This document shows positions 39,112-48,696 of a stretch of 64,000 nucleotides of DNA, piece by piece. The DNA is from Candidatus Brocadiia bacterium (lineage in GTDB: Bacteria; Planctomycetota; Brocadiia; SM23-32), in NCBI GenBank assembly GCA_046538485.1, contig JBKHIT010000012.1, positions 26,415 through 90,414 on the forward strand. The letters run 5' to 3'. Within the stretch, counting starts at the first letter, position 1; the number at the start of each line of letters is the position of its first letter. The position numbers and the translations under genes are program-made. A model generated the notes under the pieces. That model searched no databases. It saw only the letters and a program-made list of their open reading frames with translations, and had not been told where the DNA came from.

Positions 39112-40986
39112 TCACTCGATCCGCTTTTTCCTGACGAATTCCCAGAAATATCCGTCCTGAAAAGGTCCCCCCTTGCCTTTGGCGCGGGTATCGGCATGCA
39201 CGATCTGATGATAGCGTTTTCGGTGCTTTTCGTAGAAGTTTAAACCGCACCCGTAAAGCAACTCGCTCGCCCAGAGCATAGGACGCATGGTATAGGTCTG
39301 GTAATTTTTGCGAATCTGCACGCCATCATCGTCAAAACACCATTTTAATATCCCGTGGTAGCCGTGCTCCGAGGAGACCGCGAAACTCACCAGCGGCCAG
39401 TTCCGCGCCGCCAGGCCGGCATACAGAGCCATGACGTTGGCCGTCGCCTGCTGGTTTCCATCTCCGATGTAATGATTCCGGGCCTGGATACCGGCCGGCA
39501 GGAAAAATCCCTCTATAATTTCTTGACGTTGGTCCCGCTTGAGTTTCGGGCTGATTATGTCGAATGCGTAGGCCAGCGCGCTCATGCTCCCTCCCGCACC
39601 GTTGCCACTCGTGCCGTAATAATAGGGCGACCGTTGCGTCCCCATCACCAGCCAGCCGAGGCTCAACGTATAGTGATTCCCGTCGTTCCACCGGGTGACC
39701 ACGCCGTTCGAGATGACTCGCACGGATTTTGACTGATATTGTTCATACCACTTTTCCCAAATATCCGGCAACGCTTTGGCCAGGCTGGTCGCCGTACTGA
39801 GATACTTCTGATCCCCGGTCAGATCGTAGAGCCACGCGGACGCGATAAACGTCTTACGGAACTGAGTGACGTTATGCCTATCTTTTCCATACTGATACAG
39901 ACCATGCTGAAGAGCATTCCGAATCAACTCTTTTGGATCCCTGGCAGCGTTTTTCTCCGCCATAGACTTAGAAAATCGCGTGACCGAATTCGGCAATTCG
40001 CTCGGACGCGGGAAAAACGGAAAACCCAGCTTCTTCTGTTCAATTGGGACCGTGACCGCGAGATGAATTGGATCCGAGCTGCGGAGCACGGTCACCGTCG
40101 AATCTGCGATCCCCTGGACGCTTGCCAGAGGGAGAAAACGCTCGCAGTAGAGCGGTTCCTTCCGGGCCGCAACCGCTGGCGGCAGACTGATCTTAACCGG
40201 GATTGTACGGGTCTGGCCGCCGGCCAGTTTCACTGATTTCTGTTCAGGAACGGCTTTCGCATGCGTCACTTCAAATGGTTCCAACCTGAGCTCTGCGGTA
40301 ACGGTTTTGTTCAACCTGTTGGTCAGCGTCAGAGGATAGGTAAAAACGAGCGGTTCACCTTCACCCCACTGGTGGGGCGCTTTGGTCTGGTCCCAGTCGA
40401 GGTGGACCGCTTCTTTGACGAACCGCACGTCGCCGAGCCAGATCCGCTTGTGCGGGCCCTGTCTGTCAGTCCCGAGGTCTTTTATGCTGGCAGAGATCTG
40501 CAAACCGCGATGTTTTTCGGTCCCCTTGCCCATACCTTTCCGCCACCGATTTTTCCTCTGACCGCCCTTCTTGATTTCCTCGGGAATCTTGAGATCGACC
40601 CAGATCGTCTTCCAGTCGAACGCCCCGCGCATGGAATCGAGCACCCACCAGTAGGATATATCGCCCACCTTCGGGTAGTTTTCGAGGGCCAGTTTCATTA
40701 CGGCTCCACGATCGGCCTTCACCTGCAATTTGATGAGATCACATTTATGGGGATCAACGCCCTGCGCCCTGAGATCAATGCGGCATTTCATGGGTTTATC
40801 AAAGCGCAGCGTTTTGCCGCCATCGGGGCCGCGGACGACCCGGGGAGATCCTTTTTTGAACTCCGCATCGCCGCGGCTCTCCATCCTCGAAACCGTGCTG
40901 GAGATTTCCTGCGCCTGTGTCGGCAAAATGACCGCAAGATACAGAAGAACGGACACAAAACAGACCTTCAAGGCATCAAATCCCAC
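39112..40986 (-). CDS. Secreted protein with C-terminal alpha-helical lyase-like (alginate lyase/heparinase N-terminal-like) domain
   Basis: AAGGAGG SD before GTG 40986, signal peptide; AWLYDLTGDQKY, LAYAFD, GNQQAT, DDDGVQI..NYQTY. Confidence 0.65.
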   Translation of the reverse strand: MGFDALKVCFVSVLLYLAVILPTQAQEISSTVSRMESRGDAEFKKGSPRVVRGPDGGKTLRFDKPMKCRIDLRAQGVDPHKCDLIKLQVKADRGAVMKLALENYPKVGDISYWWVLDSMRGAFDWKTIWVDLKIPEEIKKGGQRKNRWRKGMGKGTEKHRGLQISASIKDLGTDRQGPHKRIWLGDVRFVKEAVHLDWDQTKAPHQWGEGEPLVFTYPLTLTNRLNKTVTAELRLEPFEVTHAKAVPEQKSVKLAGGQTRTIPVKISLPPAVAARKEPLYCERFLPLASVQGIADSTVTVLRSSDPIHLAVTVPIEQKKLGFPFFPRPSELPNSVTRFSKSMAEKNAARDPKELIRNALQHGLYQYGKDRHNVTQFRKTFIASAWLYDLTGDQKYLSTATSLAKALPDIWEKWYEQYQSKSVRVISNGVVTRWNDGNHYTLSLGWLVMGTQRSPYYYGTSGNGAGGSMSALAYAFDIISPKLKRDQRQEIIEGFFLPAGIQARNHYIGDGNQQATANVMALYAGLAARNWPLVSFAVSSEHGYHGILKWCFDDDGVQIRKNYQTYTMRPMLWASELLYGCGLNFYEKHRKRYHQIVHADTRAKGKGGPFQDGYFWEFVRKKRIE

Positions 40987-41083
40987 GTTAATCCTCCTTT
41001 TGGAATTGACATATGCTTCTTTAAAAGCAGTCCCACTTATGGGGTTAAATCTTGAGCGATCGCAACAAGCTGAAAACAACACA

Positions 41084-42841
41084 TCAATCATTTATCCGCG
41101 AGACTTTGCCGCTTTTTTCCTCCACGACGAAGAACGCACCGGCTCGCGGGACATCGACCTTTATCTGCCCGAAATCCGGCACTTTGATTCCTACATCATC
41201 CCGATCATCCAACGGTGAGTGCGCGTAAACCAGCCACCGGCGTTGTTCTTTCTCACCCAGCACCAACGCGAGGCTGAAAACCGGGACGTTCGTTTTCAAT
41301 TTCCATGGACGCTCGGGATCAAGATCCGTATCGAGCAGGAACCAGCGGTGGATATCTTTGTATGCCTCGGGAATAGCAGACTGGTAGGGATGACGCCGTT
41401 CGCGGTTATGAACCAGCTCCCCGTGCCGCCAGAACTCCTTCAGTGTCTCATTCTCATAAACGCGATCAACGGCTTTAACGGTCTGCATCCAGTATGTTTT
41501 CACGGGTCTCAAAGGAGTTGTGTGCCCACGGAATTCCCGCACGACCCGGGGACGCAAGAGCCACATGCCGTACTGCACCCAACCCAGCACCCGCTCGGGC
41601 GGATACGTCTGACCGTCCATCATATACTGGATTGTTTTGGACTTCCGGATGCACTTTTTGTCCATCTGTTTTTTCTCTTCGGCGGTCAGGGGTTCACTGG
41701 ATTCGGCAACCAGATTCTCCGGTTCCTCCACACCCAGGCCTTTCATCCACATCTTCACGTTATTGCCGTCCCAGGTGGACATCTCGAACCAGAAATTGGG
41801 ATTGGACTTCCACGCCCGATCGAGCATGAAAACCCAGTTCATCGCCTGCACCTGTGTCGAAAATACCCAGTGGTCACGATTGTCGTTCCAGTTGTGCGTG
41901 TAGTAAGAAGGGCTCCCGCCGTCCCAGACGAACCAATCCCACGCGACACGCTCGCTCGTAATCGATGAATAGACCTGCCAGCCACCCCATCGGCCAAAAT
42001 GGGACGGTCCGAAAGCCCCGTAGCCGATTATACGGACGTTCTCCCGCCAGTTCTTATTCACCAGTGCGTTGCGCATGGCGTCGAGCAACACCTCGTAACG
42101 TTCCATCCAGCCGTCTCCCACCACTTTCCGCTTGAACTCGTCGGAACGTCCTTCGCCGTATTTTTCAAGGTAGCGGGCGGACTGTTTTTCCAGCGGACCG
42201 TGTTTCTTCCAGCGCAGATGCGGGGCTTCGTTGTTACCGTACCACAAGATCAGCGGTGTATCGGGATAAAATTCCTGGGCCCATTTCATGGCTGCATTAT
42301 CAACGTAAACCTCGGCTGGATCCTTCCACGGTTCGATCGGCCCGAATGGACTGAGTTGAGGTTTGCGTTTGCCGTCGGGAGTAATCACACCGGTCCACTG
42401 TTGCTCCGGGCCTTCCCGGTATTTCTTTTTCACCAGTATCGATTCCCACTGTGTGCCGCGGAACGAAAGCGGGAGTTTGAGCTTTCGGCAGAGGCCAAAC
42501 AGTGGCACCCGATATTCCTGAAAACGCCGGCTCTGCGGATCACGCCGCAACCAGGCCGACCACGGAAGTATATGGTGGCCTTCCTGGATGAGCTCGATCT
42601 GATGTTCGGGCTCGAAACTGCCTTTTATGGCCCCAACGTTCCAGTGGCTGGCAAGCGGTAAAGGACGTCCTTTTGGCCCATTGGGGGGCAGAAGCGCTTC
42701 CCGTCGGATCACCGGGGCCGTCCGCCGCGCCGCATCCGTTGGCTCCAGAATGGCTATCCTGGTGTCCTTCTCCTGTCCCATCGCGTTAAAACCCCACAAT
42801 CCCACGAGCACCATCGCAACAAACATTTTTCGCATCCACAT
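41084..42841 (-). CDS. Secreted uncharacterised protein, paralog B (putative glycoside hydrolase)
   Basis: Signal peptide; motif blocks shared with 32445-34061. Confidence 0.8.
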   Translation of the reverse strand: MWMRKMFVAMVLVGLWGFNAMGQEKDTRIAILEPTDAARRTAPVIRREALLPPNGPKGRPLPLASHWNVGAIKGSFEPEHQIELIQEGHHILPWSAWLRRDPQSRRFQEYRVPLFGLCRKLKLPLSFRGTQWESILVKKKYREGPEQQWTGVITPDGKRKPQLSPFGPIEPWKDPAEVYVDNAAMKWAQEFYPDTPLILWYGNNEAPHLRWKKHGPLEKQSARYLEKYGEGRSDEFKRKVVGDGWMERYEVLLDAMRNALVNKNWRENVRIIGYGAFGPSHFGRWGGWQVYSSITSERVAWDWFVWDGGSPSYYTHNWNDNRDHWVFSTQVQAMNWVFMLDRAWKSNPNFWFEMSTWDGNNVKMWMKGLGVEEPENLVAESSEPLTAEEKKQMDKKCIRKSKTIQYMMDGQTYPPERVLGWVQYGMWLLRPRVVREFRGHTTPLRPVKTYWMQTVKAVDRVYENETLKEFWRHGELVHNRERRHPYQSAIPEAYKDIHRWFLLDTDLDPERPWKLKTNVPVFSLALVLGEKEQRRWLVYAHSPLDDRDDVGIKVPDFGQIKVDVPRAGAFFVVEEKSGKVSRIND

Positions 42842-42958
42842 GTAATTTCTCCCGTCTCCTTGAAAAATATATCCGAGCCAAACAATACCCTGAACCGTAT
42901 AGAGAAACACCGACCACCTCCCAATCCCCCCGAACATACGGCCGCAATGCATCTATCC

Positions 42959-43022
42959 AGCTTACCTCATTCATTGCCCGTGTCAAGACGGCTTTGCGTC
43001 AGCTTCTTTTCGTTTTGCGTCA
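42959..43022 (-). promoter_or_regulatory. Putative AraC/XylR-activated promoter 3
   Basis: TGACGCAAAACG-N9-TGACGCAAA-N6-TTGACA-N16-TAAGCT; the distal box overlaps the upstream gene's TGA stop. Confidence 0.8.
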
Positions 43023-45593
43023 CATATTTTTCCGCCTGATTTCATCCGGGCCCAGCAGACGATTGTAAATCCGCACATCCGCAATATCTCCGGTGAAAGG
43101 TCCCGGTCGCACGGGAAGACACCGGTAAACCCAGACGTTCTCGAACCAACCACCCGCGTGGCTATAAAGCGCGATGTAAGGTTGTCGTCCGGATGAAAGC
43201 GGGCGCGGGTCTTCGTACGAAAACACCTCTTCCCCGTCAACGATATGCGTGAAGTGTTTGCCAGCACGCATACATGCGATCCGGTGCCGTTTTCCCGGAC
43301 AGATCCGGGCATCGTATTCAGCTATCGGGCCGGTCCGACGCAGCAGTTTCCCGCCCTCATTGCCTTCCGTACCAAAGCCAAAAAAATACCCGTGCATCGT
43401 TCCGCTTTCGGGCAACGCATTCAACGTCGCCGAAAGATCTCCCGGCTCGGAATTATCCGTTCCCGCCTCATAGACCAGCAGCACGTCACCCGGGAACTTT
43501 TGCGTGCAGAGTATCTCCCCTTTCCCTTCGACAATAAGCCGGCCGCCTTCCACCCGCCAATCTCCCGACAGGATTCGCCAGTTGTCCCGCAGGCCGCCAG
43601 CAAAATCGTCCTCGAATGCAAGCTGGAACTCAGGCGGAACGCTCAATTGGGCAGCCGGTCCCTCCATGCCGCCTGTTATTTCGTCTCTCAGTTTTTTTTG
43701 CTTATTTTTCCCCGCGGAGGGTTCGGCAATCCGCAGGTAGCCTTCACGTCCCATGCTCGATTGCGCGCCGGCAAATAATGTCACGTCTTCGCCATCAAAA
43801 ATAATGCGCGCTTCGCCGCGCCCATCGCGGCTGGAGCAATTGCAACTGACGGTCAGCTGATGCCAAGCATTGTCATTAGCCAGCAGAACACCTTTCCGGC
43901 TGCAGGCGGTGTCTCGATCCTCGCCATCGCCCGTCTCAAATAAAATCGTTCTTTCTTTTTGTGCTCGGCCGTCCAGACACAAACGAAACCCGTCGATAGG
44001 ATCATATCCCGATGCCCGGGAAATCAGGAGCTGCTTTTCACAACCCGGGCCGTTCTGGCGAAATCTGCAGGTAAGTGTAAAAGTTCGGGTGAGCTCAATC
44101 TCGCCGGGCCGTTGATCGCCTTCGTCCCACTTCATCAGAATTTCCTGTTTCTCATCCTCCACGCAGCGAATCGTCACGTAATCGCCGTACACAAGATGTT
44201 CGTTCTCGGCAAAGAGTCTCAGAATGTACGTGCCGCGCTCCGAAAAACGCACTTCCGTCTCCAGATTTTCCTCATCCTCGAACACAACCTCACCAGGCGC
44301 TAAAACCGTTTCCCAACGCCAGCGTGTCGCGTTAGAAACATCGGCTGAGAGCTGGGTTTTAAGGTCGGTCAGAGTGCGGTCCGCACCCGCATTGACCACC
44401 GGCGGTCTCACGCAGGGTGGCAGGTCGGCTGGATCTTCATACTCCCGATTGTCCCGCATCGTGAAAAATGGCTCTCCACCGAACTCTGTGCCAGCGGCGA
44501 GCACATAGGCGTTATCACGGACGCTTCCCGTCGGATCGGGGCCGCTTCGGCCGACATGCAGGACCTTCGCCCCACCCCACAGCGTCCAGTCATTGTTCAA
44601 AAAGGTGCAGTTGCGCACTTCCACCTGCTGCGCGGTGTTTTCACAACGAAGATATTCGATAGCGGGGCCGGCGTTGCTGTCGAACGTGCAGTTCTCAATG
44701 ATGCAATCGTGCCCCCCGCCTTCGAAATCCCATCCGCCCATATCGTGACTGTCCGTATCCTGGGTGTGGCCGATATAACTGTTGCGGAACTTTACAAAAT
44801 CGGAGCGAACGTAATGAACGGTCGCCGTGCCGGTATGTTTCCAGTGCGGGGCGCAGCGATCCAGGCAAATCCCGTTGCAATCGGCATTGACAACCCCATT
44901 CAGGAAAAGGCCCACGTATGACCAGGGCGTGTTGGCGTGATCGTGGGAGGTCATTTTTTTCAGCCGGACGTCTTTCACCGCGCCCCCCTCGCCGTAGGCT
45001 CGCACGCTCACGCCGGTGCCGGTCCGGTAGCATTCGCAGTCACGTATCGTGACATCGCTGAGGACAATGTCAGAACATTCGTGTCCGCGTCCAACGACAA
45101 CCTCAATCCCGGAGGAATTGACACGCGGGGCCTGTTGGCCAAAGTTCTGGATATCGACGGCCAGAACATCCTCGATGACCACGTTGGAATGGTTTGCCCG
45201 ATAATTATTGACGAGGAGCCCATAATAGGAGTTGTAGACGGTGATGTGGGAGGCTTTAAAATAGCCCGCTTCTTCCACGTAGATGCAGACAGCGGCTTCG
45301 TCCAGTGATCCGGTGTAATTGATTTCTTCACACGGTCCTTCGTAAGGGCTTTCCACAACCGGTCGTGGGCCGTGGCCGTAAGCCGTCAGTTCGATCCAGT
45401 TGTCGCGGTTTCCTGTCGCAACCACTCTCAGTTGCTGGACAAAATGAGATCCGCGCCGGAGCAACAGCCGGTCCCCGGGTGAAAGCTCGGTGTTGTTGAT
45501 CGGCGTAAAATCTTCCCATGCCTGTTCGGGCGAAGTGCCGTCCCGGGAATTATCGCCGCATACGCTATCGAAATAGTAATCGATCGTTCCGAT
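43020..45593 (-). CDS. Right-handed beta-helix protein with PKD-like, LamG-like and DUF1080-like domains
   Basis: YYFDSVCGDNSRDGTSPEQAW...LSPGDRLLLRRG N-terminus in frame upstream of TTG 45464; PVVNAGAD; FEDDF..W...GDWRVEGG; FTGDIADVRIYNRLL; start uncertain. Confidence 0.75.
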   Translation of the reverse strand: MGTIDYYFDSVCGDNSRDGTSPEQAWEDFTPINNTELSPGDRLLLRRGSHFVQQLRVVATGNRDNWIELTAYGHGPRPVVESPYEGPCEEINYTGSLDEAAVCIYVEEAGYFKASHITVYNSYYGLLVNNYRANHSNVVIEDVLAVDIQNFGQQAPRVNSSGIEVVVGRGHECSDIVLSDVTIRDCECYRTGTGVSVRAYGEGGAVKDVRLKKMTSHDHANTPWSYVGLFLNGVVNADCNGICLDRCAPHWKHTGTATVHYVRSDFVKFRNSYIGHTQDTDSHDMGGWDFEGGGHDCIIENCTFDSNAGPAIEYLRCENTAQQVEVRNCTFLNNDWTLWGGAKVLHVGRSGPDPTGSVRDNAYVLAAGTEFGGEPFFTMRDNREYEDPADLPPCVRPPVVNAGADRTLTDLKTQLSADVSNATRWRWETVLAPGEVVFEDEENLETEVRFSERGTYILRLFAENEHLVYGDYVTIRCVEDEKQEILMKWDEGDQRPGEIELTRTFTLTCRFRQNGPGCEKQLLISRASGYDPIDGFRLCLDGRAQKERTILFETGDGEDRDTACSRKGVLLANDNAWHQLTVSCNCSSRDGRGEARIIFDGEDVTLFAGAQSSMGREGYLRIAEPSAGKNKQKKLRDEITGGMEGPAAQLSVPPEFQLAFEDDFAGGLRDNWRILSGDWRVEGGRLIVEGKGEILCTQKFPGDVLLVYEAGTDNSEPGDLSATLNALPESGTMHGYFFGFGTEGNEGGKLLRRTGPIAEYDARICPGKRHRIACMRAGKHFTHIVDGEEVFSYEDPRPLSSGRQPYIALYSHAGGWFENVWVYRCLPVRPGPFTGDIADVRIYNRLLGPDEIRRKNM

Positions 45594-45638
45594 TCCGTTC
45601 CTTTGAAGGGAATTTACGCGTTATGCCGACTGGCAATT

Positions 45639-48029
45639 TTATTTGAATTCCCATCGGCCGTAAGGATATTCAAAAGCCCACAGGCCTCGCCGGTCGTGGG
45701 CGTAGGTCCAGTGATAAAGCCAGTACGGTGTGCCGCGGTGGGCGAGCACGCGGTTCATTTGAAGCTGCACACCCCAGACATCGCCCGGTTTCGGCGGTTC
45801 AATGCCCTCCCAGAACGGGATACGGATTTCCGCCACGTAGCTATTTTCCCCGGTCACCGAGCATTTTATTTCATGGTTATGGCTCATGTGGTTGCCAGCG
45901 AAGGGGTTCTCCGGATCAAAATAATGAAGAACATGAGTGGCGTGCCCTTTTGGCACAAAATGCATGAGCTGCCAGCGCACAACGCGACTCAGATCCGGCT
46001 TAATGAAAATCTCGAAAACCGGCTTTTTCTTTGGATTTTCCTCCACCAGGTCACCCTCGACCGAACCGCGCACGTATTCCATCATTTTTTCGCTCACCCC
46101 CTCAGCAGTATAGGCCATGTAAAGCGCACTGTCCCCGCGGAGCGCACGGGCAACGATTGCTCGTCCTTCGGCAGGCAATCTCCTGTCATCCAGCCCCTTG
46201 ACCTGGGGGGCCGGGAAGAACGTATCCATTGTCGCAGCTTTGCGCCAGGCCGGTTCATCCAGTTTCCCATCTATTGTGATTTTCTCGGCGCGTCCGACCC
46301 GGTAGATCTTGAATCCGTTCTTCTTCATCCCGGGCCACGCTCTGGCGCGGTTCCGCACCGGCGGGGCGATATAGCTCGCAAGATTCGTCGCTCGCGCCGC
46401 ATGCCCCTTTTCCAAAAGGGGTTTTAACTTCTCCAGCCGCGACACCATACCATCGGTGTAGGTTTTATAGAGCTCCAGAGTTTTCTCTCGGGGCATAAGT
46501 TTATCGATATAACTGTGCTGGACGTAATACTGGAGATAATCAAAGAGCCGCCGATACATCTCGGGATCGCGGTCCGCCAGTTCCCGTGCGGCCAGCCGCA
46601 GAGCCCTTTCAGGATCGTAGGCCTCCGGGTTCCACGTATAATCGGCCAGGCCAATGAAGAAAACCGGGGAAGCGCCCTGCGCCGAAATACCGTGGAGGTG
46701 TTTGTAGACCTGATCATCGTGGAAATTCGGTGTTCGCAATCTGCGGCGCAGACTCTGACAGTCGTACATCAGCAGTTTACAGTCCACGCCGAAAGCTTTC
46801 CGGTACGCCGCCGCCCCTTCATGAGGAAAATAATACGAAAAAACTTCAAGACCGTTCATCATCAAGAAATCGACTCCTTCCAGGGCGTTGACGGCGCGGA
46901 GTTGTTTGGCTTCCCGGTCCGAGCCCCGATTGATCGCGTAACCAACGGGCATATACCCCAGTTTTATGTCGCTGCCAAGCCGATCACGTTCCTTTTGAAG
47001 TTCTTCAAACAAATATTTCACGGTCCTGGCGGGATCCCCCGGGAACGGTTCATCTTCCTTGTTGGCTGTCCAGAACCGTCCGTCGTTGAAATCCAGCAGC
47101 ATCCAGTCGGCCTTTTGCCTGACGGCTTTTCGGAGCTGTTCTTTGTGCTTCTCCAGCCGTTTGGGTTTCGCAGAAACCCAGTGAGAATGGCTTCGGGGCA
47201 CGTGGCGCATCCCGAACCGGAAGCTCCAGTTTTCGAACCGTCCGTTGCCTTTGTAGAGGACCCACCAGTCTTTACATCGTTTTCCGCCGCGGAACCAGAG
47301 CGTCGGCCAGTCCTGCACCTCACCCAATCGCACGTAGCGACGTCCTTCGTGCCCAAAAACCATCTGCCGCAAAGTCGCGACGCCCCATAATGTTGCCCAG
47401 ATCGTTGCCCCACGGGTGATGATAAAAGGGCGCCCTTTTTGAACCCTGGACAGGACACTGTAACGTTCCTCGGCGCATATTTTGTCTTCCACCTCGGGGA
47501 GAGAAGGCAGGTTTACTCCGGCCGTCTTAATTTTCGCGTCATTCATCCCATCGACAACGAGCACGACCACAGGACTTTTGGTGTCCTCCGGCACAGCTGT
47601 AACGAACTGCGCATCCGGGAACACTCTCTTGATTTCGAGCACGTAGGTGAGCATGTCCGGCCACTCGGGACGGTTGACCTTCGCCGCGGCCTGTCTCCAC
47701 GGGCCTTTATAAAGGTGCCGGGCCGCTTTCTTTCGCTCACGGGACGATTCAAAAACCTTGTTGGTGAAGGCACGGTGTTTTTCCCCGAGCCCGGTCTCAT
47801 CCAGGATATCAGCCGCTTTCTTTATCGCTTTGGGGACGACGCAGACTGTTTCCCCTTGAACCTCAACGCAGCGGTCCTCCAGATTCGCCCGTTTCGGCGT
47901 GGGGATAATGGCCGTCTCCAGATCGCCTTTCATATACGATTCAACGACCTGGTCAAGCGGTTTTGTTGCTGCCCCCGCCAGTGCAATGCCGACCGCAAAC
48001 AGTCCCAGAAAACCCATCCATAATTTCAC
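45639..48029 (-). CDS. Secreted GH20/GH84-like protein with C-terminal CBM9-like domain
   Basis: IIPTPK, WGVATLRQM, DWPTLWFRG, ADYTWNPEAYDPERA, ITIDGKLDEPAW. Confidence 0.7.
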   Translation of the reverse strand: MKLWMGFLGLFAVGIALAGAATKPLDQVVESYMKGDLETAIIPTPKRANLEDRCVEVQGETVCVVPKAIKKAADILDETGLGEKHRAFTNKVFESSRERKKAARHLYKGPWRQAAAKVNRPEWPDMLTYVLEIKRVFPDAQFVTAVPEDTKSPVVVLVVDGMNDAKIKTAGVNLPSLPEVEDKICAEERYSVLSRVQKGRPFIITRGATIWATLWGVATLRQMVFGHEGRRYVRLGEVQDWPTLWFRGGKRCKDWWVLYKGNGRFENWSFRFGMRHVPRSHSHWVSAKPKRLEKHKEQLRKAVRQKADWMLLDFNDGRFWTANKEDEPFPGDPARTVKYLFEELQKERDRLGSDIKLGYMPVGYAINRGSDREAKQLRAVNALEGVDFLMMNGLEVFSYYFPHEGAAAYRKAFGVDCKLLMYDCQSLRRRLRTPNFHDDQVYKHLHGISAQGASPVFFIGLADYTWNPEAYDPERALRLAARELADRDPEMYRRLFDYLQYYVQHSYIDKLMPREKTLELYKTYTDGMVSRLEKLKPLLEKGHAARATNLASYIAPPVRNRARAWPGMKKNGFKIYRVGRAEKITIDGKLDEPAWRKAATMDTFFPAPQVKGLDDRRLPAEGRAIVARALRGDSALYMAYTAEGVSEKMMEYVRGSVEGDLVEENPKKKPVFEIFIKPDLSRVVRWQLMHFVPKGHATHVLHYFDPENPFAGNHMSHNHEIKCSVTGENSYVAEIRIPFWEGIEPPKPGDVWGVQLQMNRVLAHRGTPYWLYHWTYAHDRRGLWAFEYPYGRWEFK

Positions 48030-48074
48030 GATTCTTCCTCCCTTATTTCATGACCACACCGGACAATCCGTATA

Positions 48075-48139
48075 AGTATCACACCGCGGAGTTTGTTTTT
48101 CAAGAGTCATTCGCGCCAAAGGCTTTCCGATTTGCGTCA
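48075..48139 (-). promoter_or_regulatory. Putative AraC/XylR-activated promoter 4
   Basis: TGACGCAAATCG-N9-TGGCGCGAA-N6-TTGAAA-N17-GATACT. Confidence 0.75.
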
Positions 48140-48261
48140 AATCATTCCCGGGGATGGAATACGGGGACGCAAAAGCTCCAGAACGCGCTGGAGCCGACCG
48201 GCTTTCAAACACGGTGCTGCTACCGGCGGCCGCAGATCCCGTGCCGTGGTGGCCGAGGCAT

Positions 48262-48670
48262 GAGCGGACTGGACTTCAGAACCGCTCGGCGGGGCTGGAG
48301 TTCAGAACGCGGATGAATTTATTGGCCGTTAAATGCGCGCCGGCATTTCCCGGCGGTTGCCCGCCTCAAGTCCAGTTTCGCCCGCCGATGGCGGGCTCAG
48401 CTGAACTCGAGTCTCAATCCCCGCGAGCGGGCTGGAGTTCAAAAAGCGGTGGCCCTCACGTATCCGGGACGCCGCGCACCTGTAGGGCGTGATCGCCGAG
48501 CGCGCCCTGCCGTTCACTGCCCGGAAATGGCAGCATATAAGAGCCCAGGGTGCAGACGGCTGAAAGTCGTCGGAGCCCTGGGGTAACAGTGGAGGAAAAA
48601 GGGTAGTGGGCTGAAGGCCCACCACAAAACTGTTGCGTCTTGCGGCACGAGACATTTCCCGCAAACCAGG
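48262..48670. repeat. Intergenic mosaic of REP-like modules
   Basis: CTGGACTTCAG module, GTAGGGCGTGATCGCCGAGCGCGCCC REP, GTAGTGGGCTGAAGGCCCAC REP. Confidence 0.85.
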
Positions 48671-48696
48671 AGAGTTTGTGCTACAAGGACCTCGCG

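Noticed and set aside
38037..39250. ORFs 38037-38618 and 38666-39250 (also 21741-22250, 26084-26509, 27953-28603)
   Set aside because: They run through repeat modules; recurring peptides such as RVLNSSLRLKSSPL are translations of the repeat
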